Assembly (NCBI GenBank): GCA_964016885.1
Contig: OZ024741.1
Location: 29,884,001-29,948,000, forward strand
Direction: 5' to 3'
Source: Eledone cirrhosa
Taxonomy: Eukaryota
Length of the DNA: 64,000 nt
Shown here: positions 58,317-64,000 of the stretch, piece after piece
Layout: the number at the start of each line of letters is the position of its first letter
Numbering within the stretch: position 1 is the stretch's first letter
Made by a program: the position numbers and the translations under genes
The notes under the pieces: generated by a model
The model's database searches: none
The model's input: only the letters and a program-made list of their open reading frames with translations
What the model was told of the DNA's origin: nothing

Positions 58317-59582
58317 ATGGCACTGGAACAAGACAACACCACTTCAAACTCCAATATCAATGAGGAAATCCTGAAAATCCTAAAAGAGATAAATGGAAAA
58401 CTCACCATTCTGACAAAAAAACAGGATATACCCCAAACCACCACACCGACTGACAACCAAATTTATTTAAACGTTCAAAACGTATGCAACTCCATCGAAA
58501 AACTTATGAATACCAACACAGAACAAACGACATTGCTCCATATCAAAAACCAAATGGGACACCTCTGGAAAAAACATCTAAAAACCAGAAAATTCACTTT
58601 CTGGAATATGATAAAAAACCTCAACAAAGCTGGAATTTACCAAAAATGGATTAACTCAACACCGATAGTTTTACCACGTAAATTCCAAATAAAGCATATT
58701 ACAAACGAACCTGAACCAGAAAGAAAACTCCGTGAACAAATGTCACTCAACAGGATAAACATGGAAATAGAACTCCTAAAATTAAGGGCCACCTCAAACG
58801 AGCAAGAGTATAAGGATACTGATAAAAATATGGAGGAAGAATGCACTAAAAAGGCCGAGGGAACAACCCTACAAAATTTAATCAAATCGTGGAAACAGGA
58901 CTGCGAGAATGCAGAAACTATTTCCCTTAAACGGTGGGAAAAATCCGAAAACTGGTTCCTCAAATATGAAGAAGACTTTAAAAGGACGCACCAAACAGGT
59001 AACCCCTTTATAAAGCATTTGAACATAACAAGAACTACAACAGACACATTTACACCACCAAACCCAACACACACTAACCACAGGCACATCCCCCACCAAC
59101 ACAAACCAAATACGGCCAACTACACCAAAAGAAACACACCCAACCACCACAACACAGGTTTCCGTAGAAATGCCCCCTACATAAACCAACGACGAAATAA
59201 CATAGATCCAACTCACAACACACACACCACATTCCTCAGAAGAAATCCACCCAGGCCACTTGAAATCACAACAGAACTTACCCACAACCACACCAGACAT
59301 CACCCTCAATCCAACAAAAGACAACCCCCCAGCCTCAACACTCTGTACCACAGAAATAACGCACCCAGACCACATGAACCAACAACAGAACCCTTGCTCA
59401 TCAACAACCACAACACATACCACCCCCACCATCACATTCACCCTCATGAAACAACAAGCTACAGACCCACACGCAACAGACCAACAAAATATAATCACAC
59501 ACAAAACTACATTCCTTTTTTAGGGAAAAGCCTGAAATACCAGGATACTCGATGGCCCCCCCTCAGGAGAAACCAAAAATAA
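58317..59582 (+). CDS. PLE ORF1, 421 aa: helical/coiled-coil N-terminal half and H/N/T/P/R-rich low-complexity C-terminal half
   Basis: Uninterrupted ORF starting just after the pLTR; complex K/E/L/W-rich sequence, not a microsatellite artefact; overlaps ORF2 by 31 nt. Confidence 0.8.
   Translation: MALEQDNTTSNSNINEEILKILKEINGKLTILTKKQDIPQTTTPTDNQIYLNVQNVCNSIEKLMNTNTEQTTLLHIKNQMGHLWKKHLKTRKFTFWNMIKNLNKAGIYQKWINSTPIVLPRKFQIKHITNEPEPERKLREQMSLNRINMEIELLKLRATSNEQEYKDTDKNMEEECTKKAEGTTLQNLIKSWKQDCENAETISLKRWEKSENWFLKYEEDFKRTHQTGNPFIKHLNITRTTTDTFTPPNPTHTNHRHIPHQHKPNTANYTKRNTPNHHNTGFRRNAPYINQRRNNIDPTHNTHTTFLRRNPPRPLEITTELTHNHTRHHPQSNKRQPPSLNTLYHRNNAPRPHEPTTEPLLINNHNTYHPHHHIHPHETTSYRPTRNRPTKYNHTQNYIPFLGKSLKYQDTRWPPLRRNQK
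59516..59567 (+). promoter_or_regulatory. Candidate -1 programmed ribosomal frameshift signal
   Basis: U UUU UUA (59516-59522) is phased X XXY YYZ in ORF1, followed by an 8-nt spacer GGGAAAAG and CCUG(A) able to pair with CAGG 59541-44 or UCAGG 59563-67. The -1 frame is open into ORF2. Confidence 0.65.
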
Positions 59583-61828
59583 TCAACCTCTCAAAGACAC
59601 CTCTAACCAACACACAAATCAACATTTTAAGTAAGGGCCTGAAATTTACACCTACACCACGTAAACCAAACTTCCCCGAAATGAAGGATGACATCATGGA
59701 ATACTGCCGAAAGCTGCGACTAACGGAATTCTTCCACAACGACACCAACACTGAAGACGAATCACTGGTTAGAAATAAAAGCAATTTCTGCCCACAAAAG
59801 GGAAGAAATAAAGCACTGGACACGTACTGCGAACACATCACCAACTTTCCCTATGAAAAAATTACAAATAAACACACGAAATCAAACCTATCTACACACG
59901 AATGGGAAGAATTATTCACACTTAGAAACAACCCTGAGATAACTATCAAAGAAGCCGATAAAGGCAGTACTGTTGTGATTATGAATACGGACTACTATAG
60001 GACCCTCGCACTTAACATTTTAGAAAACAACACATACTATGAAAAAACAGAAAACTACAAACACACCAAAACAATGGGGAACCTTTTGACCTTACTGAAT
60101 AAATACCGCAACAGCTTAACCACAAAAGAGTTTAACTATATAAGCCACTTCAAATGCAATACAAGCTCTTTTTACGGCTTACCGAAACTTCACAAATGTA
60201 AACCCATAAACGATGCATGTGACACCTCAACCAACAATTACATTGAACTAACACCACCAGAAGACCTAAAACTCAGGCCAATTATAGCAGGCCCTACATG
60301 TGAAACCCACAGACTTAGCAACTTTCTGGACATCCTACTGAAACCCTTTCTACAACATATACAGAGCTACATACGAGATGACCTTGACATGCTGAAACAC
60401 CTCCCTAAAACAGTAAGTGCAAATACAATTCTTGTCTCCTTTGACGTAATAAACCTCTACACAAACATACCTCACAACTATGGAATAACAGCAGTCCAAT
60501 ACTGGCTTAACACACACCCATCAGAAATACCGACACGCATCAACACAGATTTTATCACTGACGGACTCCGCTTTATCCTACAAAATAACTACTTCACATT
60601 CAATGGTTCAACATACAGACAAGTATCAGGTACGGCAATGGGCACGAAAGTAGCACCCACATATGCCAACCTAGTCATGGGATTCCATGAACAACAAATA
60701 TACAGTCAGTCCCTTCTCTTATTTGGAGACTCTTTCCACACACACCTCAAAGCCAATTGGAAAAGATATCTAGACGACTGCTTTATCCTATGGCAAGAAG
60801 ACATGAACTCACTTACTACGTTTAAAAACATGATAAACAACATAGATAATAACATACAATTCACAATGGAATCCAATCCTAAGGAATTAGCCTTCTTGGA
60901 TATTCTCATCTCTGTAATAGACGGGAAATTAGATACAGATATATTCTATAAACCCACAGATTCCAAGCAATACCTCTTTTTCACATCAAGTCACCCAAAA
61001 CATACAAAACTTAACATTCCTTACAATTTGGCCAAACGTATATGTACCATAGTATCAGATCCACCTAAACGGGAGCAAAGACTAAAGGAACTAAAAGACA
61101 CCCTTATCTTAAGAGCCTTTCCACTTGAAATAATCAACAATGGAATAGACAGGGCAAAACACCTAAATCCCCATCAACTTAACAATCCAAAACAGAAAAC
61201 CACACTCAACACCCTGCCATATGTATCCACTTTCAACCCCAGAAATACCGAAATGTTTGATCACCTACACAAAAACCTCCCCATCCTACTTAAAGATGTA
61301 AAAATGAAGTCTATTCTTGAAACACACAAGATCCTTAAAAGTAAAAGACAACCCAAATCACTTAAACGCATTCTCACTGGACCAAATATACCCAAACCAA
61401 TCCTCAACCCTACAGTTACCAAATGTGGTAGAACAAACTGTGGAACGTGCCTCTACCTCACTGAAGGACAAACATTTACATTCAAAGATGGCCAAACATT
61501 TACAGTAAAAAACAATTTCACCTGCAACTCGGAGAACTTGATTTACGCAATAACTTGCGGTGGGTGCAAACACAACTACATAGGACAGACGGGCACCTCA
61601 TTACGCAAAAGAATGACCATCCACCGCCAACAAATCCGGGACGCTAACACAAGAAAAATCCCCTTGAGCAGCCATATTGCGAACTGCGCAGGAATGACAC
61701 TACCCAACTTTAAAATCTTCCCCTTCTACAAGTGCTCAGATTCGTTCACACAACAACAAAGAATAAACAAAGAAAATCTATTCCTTAACAAATTTAAACC
61801 AAAACTAAACGGGTTATCACCCCAATAG
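59552..61828 (+). CDS. PLE ORF2, 758 aa: reverse transcriptase, Cys finger and GIY-YIG endonuclease
   Basis: LSKGLKFTPTP, IKEADKGS, FYGLPKLHK, LRPIIAG, SFDVINLYTNI, GTAMGT, WKRYLDD, FLDI, YKPT, CGRTNCGTC, NLIYAITC..YIGQT..R..H; no stops. Confidence 0.95.
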   Translation: MAPPQEKPKIINLSKTPLTNTQINILSKGLKFTPTPRKPNFPEMKDDIMEYCRKLRLTEFFHNDTNTEDESLVRNKSNFCPQKGRNKALDTYCEHITNFPYEKITNKHTKSNLSTHEWEELFTLRNNPEITIKEADKGSTVVIMNTDYYRTLALNILENNTYYEKTENYKHTKTMGNLLTLLNKYRNSLTTKEFNYISHFKCNTSSFYGLPKLHKCKPINDACDTSTNNYIELTPPEDLKLRPIIAGPTCETHRLSNFLDILLKPFLQHIQSYIRDDLDMLKHLPKTVSANTILVSFDVINLYTNIPHNYGITAVQYWLNTHPSEIPTRINTDFITDGLRFILQNNYFTFNGSTYRQVSGTAMGTKVAPTYANLVMGFHEQQIYSQSLLLFGDSFHTHLKANWKRYLDDCFILWQEDMNSLTTFKNMINNIDNNIQFTMESNPKELAFLDILISVIDGKLDTDIFYKPTDSKQYLFFTSSHPKHTKLNIPYNLAKRICTIVSDPPKREQRLKELKDTLILRAFPLEIINNGIDRAKHLNPHQLNNPKQKTTLNTLPYVSTFNPRNTEMFDHLHKNLPILLKDVKMKSILETHKILKSKRQPKSLKRILTGPNIPKPILNPTVTKCGRTNCGTCLYLTEGQTFTFKDGQTFTVKNNFTCNSENLIYAITCGGCKHNYIGQTGTSLRKRMTIHRQQIRDANTRKIPLSSHIANCAGMTLPNFKIFPFYKCSDSFTQQQRINKENLFLNKFKPKLNGLSPQ

Positions 61829-62367
61829 AATTGTCATAAAATATAAACACACATACGCACGGAATCACTACTATTAAAGACCAGAGACCAATTCTGTAGA
61901 ATCAGGTTTATTCATTGACAGACCATGCCTTTGTGTGACCAACACATCCATGTTAAACCCTGCACGTGCACACACATATATCTATATATATATGCGCACA
62001 CAGAATTATTTTAATTTCACTGCCCCAACTTCTTATATTATGGAAAAAATATATGTGTCTGTATGTATATATATATATATATATATATTTGAAGGCCATT
62101 TCTCTGTGTGTGGGTGTATGTATGTGTGTGTGTGTGTGTGTGAGTATGTGTGTGCATGTGGATGTATGTATTGTGTGTGCGTGTGTGTGTGTGTGTGTGT
62201 GTATGTATGTGGGTATCTGGATGTATGCGTATGTGTATATATATATATATATATATGCATGTGTGTGTGTGTGTGTATATATATGTGTGTGTATGTGTGT
62301 ATATATATGTGTGTGTGTGTGTGTGTGTATGTATGTGTGTATCTGGATGTATGTGTATGTATATATA

Positions 62368-62426
<59 letters not shown>

Positions 62427-62495
62427 ATGTGTATATGTATGTGTGTGTGTGTGTATGTGTGTATGTATATGTATGTGTGTGTGTATGTATGTGTG

Positions 62496-62532
<37 letters not shown>

Positions 62533-63030
62533 GTATATGTATGTATGTGTGGATGAAGGTATGTGTGTATATATAGGTGTAAGTGCACTAAATCCTTTTC
62601 TATCACGCTCCACTCTCCTACCCATCATAGGAAGATATATGTGTGTGTATATTGCTTCCACCCCCTCACTGACCAGCAGCTGGCTATTGCTAAATCTGAC
62701 CTTTATAAAATAACCCACACCCCAAATAACTTCTCATTCACTACCAGAAAGGGACACAGCAGTCAACTTGTTGTTGCTACCTAGATGAAAACTGCTATGA
62801 AATCCCACAATGAATTTTATACTTGAATTTTCAAGTCTCAAATTTTAACTCTTCGTATTATTAATTTTTCTTAATATTAATCAACATTTGAAAAGATGGC
62901 TTTTGCAGACCCATCGAAACCGGTCATTTTTTATACCCTTTATTATTTCCTTACCTTATAAAATTATGTTTTTTCACAAAAAAGTATTCTGTCTCTTATA
63001 TATTCCATGTGCCATTACCAACCTCAATTT

Positions 63031-63036
<6 letters not shown>
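61368..63036 (+). repeat. 3' pseudo-LTR
   Basis: Direct repeat of 56591-58253; runs into (TA)n. Confidence 0.95.
62884..62930 (+). ncRNA. Minimal type I hammerhead, U3:A8 variant (3' pLTR)
   Basis: Identical to 58101-58147; predicted cleavage after C62925. Confidence 0.7.
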
Positions 63037-63082
<46 letters not shown>

Positions 63083-63193
63083 GTGTGTGTGTGTGTATGT
63101 TTATATATATATATGATGTGTGTGTGTGTGTGAGTGTGTGTGTATCAGTGTGTTAACAAGTACGTCACCATTTCACTAAATATATGTATATAA

Positions 63194-63302
<109 letters not shown>

Positions 63303-63304
63303 AT

Positions 63305-64000
63305 GCATCATCTGGAGGGACTCATACAACAGCTTGGCATAAGATCAGCTTAACAACCGTGAACTATATACTGAAGTGACAGACATAGCTGAATCCCAGA
63401 TAGAGCATCAGATCAACACCACCTGGACAGATATCTGCAGACATAGACAACTCCCCAACAAATATAAAAATAACCTCACCACCAGAAACCGCAGACTGCC
63501 AACATTCAACCACCTCATTAAAACCCACAAAACCAGTGTTAATCTACAGATTGGACCAATTCTATCGAGTATAGAATGACTCCTCTATAAAATCTACTGA
63601 TTCCTCTCCCAGATCCTCTAGCCCTGAGCTTCCTACTTTTGCTGGACATGTCAGCAGCTCCGACGAAGCATATAAAGACTACATCAACTACAACTTAATC
63701 AACTTTAACTCAACAGATATGCGTTTAGCCTCAACGTTGTCTCCCTCTACACGACAGAACCCGCTCATCCAGCGGTCAATCTAGTGACTGACTGCATCAT
63801 TTCATACAACTTATACTGCTTCGGTCTTACCCCACAAGTCATACATCAGCTTCGATCCGTCATTGTAGAAAATACATATTTCACTTTCTACCACCACACA
63901 TACAAACAAACAACAGGCCTACCCATTGGGTCCAGTCGTTCAGGCCTTCTAGCCATCACCTATATGAACCAACTGGAACGTCGAACGCTCAATACCTGCT
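63305..64000 (+). mobile_element. Decayed Penelope/Poseidon-type RT fragment, running off the window end
   Basis: LPTFNHLIKTHK..IGPILSS, FSLNVVSLYT, ENTYFTF...YKQTTGLPIGS..SGLLAITYM; in-frame stops. Confidence 0.8.

Larger units (their letters stand above)
56415..63036 (+). mobile_element. Apparently intact two-ORF Neptune-type Penelope-like retroelement with tandem pLTRs and an inverted 5' stub, inserted in (TA)n
   Basis: Inverted stub 56415-56592 (reverse complement of ~58116-58292); direct repeat 56591-~58253 equals 61368-63036; ORF1 58317-59582; ORF2 59552-61828; (TA)n on both flanks. Confidence 0.95.

Noticed and set aside
58637-59504. Antisense ORFs (160 and 208 aa) over ORF1
   Set aside because: Shadow frames of an A/C-rich sense strand; V/C/G-biased with no motifs.

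Overview
AT-rich eukaryotic repeat landscape, cephalopod-like (Octopus-type, judged from the Nin-domain tRNA-SINE family and the dense TA/CA/GA microsatellites). No host gene is recognisable. The window is dominated by Penelope-like retroelements (PLEs) and their pseudo-LTR (pLTR) remnants, almost all bounded by (TA)n. By eye they carry roughly 30-35 type I hammerhead ribozyme (HHR) motifs in about 14 sequence families. The main result is an apparently intact, very young Neptune-type PLE at ~56415-63036. It has two ORFs rather than the usual one: a 421-aa coiled-coil/low-complexity ORF1 and a 758-aa RT+GIY-YIG ORF2 in the -1 frame. An HIV gag-pol-like slippery site (U UUU UUA GGG AAA) sits in the short overlap, and the pLTRs carry a U3:A8 hammerhead. 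Also present are decayed Chapaev3-like and mariner DNA transposons, RTE-type LINE fragments, SINEs, minisatellites and many fold-back palindromes. Most ORFs in the supplied track are microsatellite translation artefacts. All family assignments come from motif recognition, not database searches.
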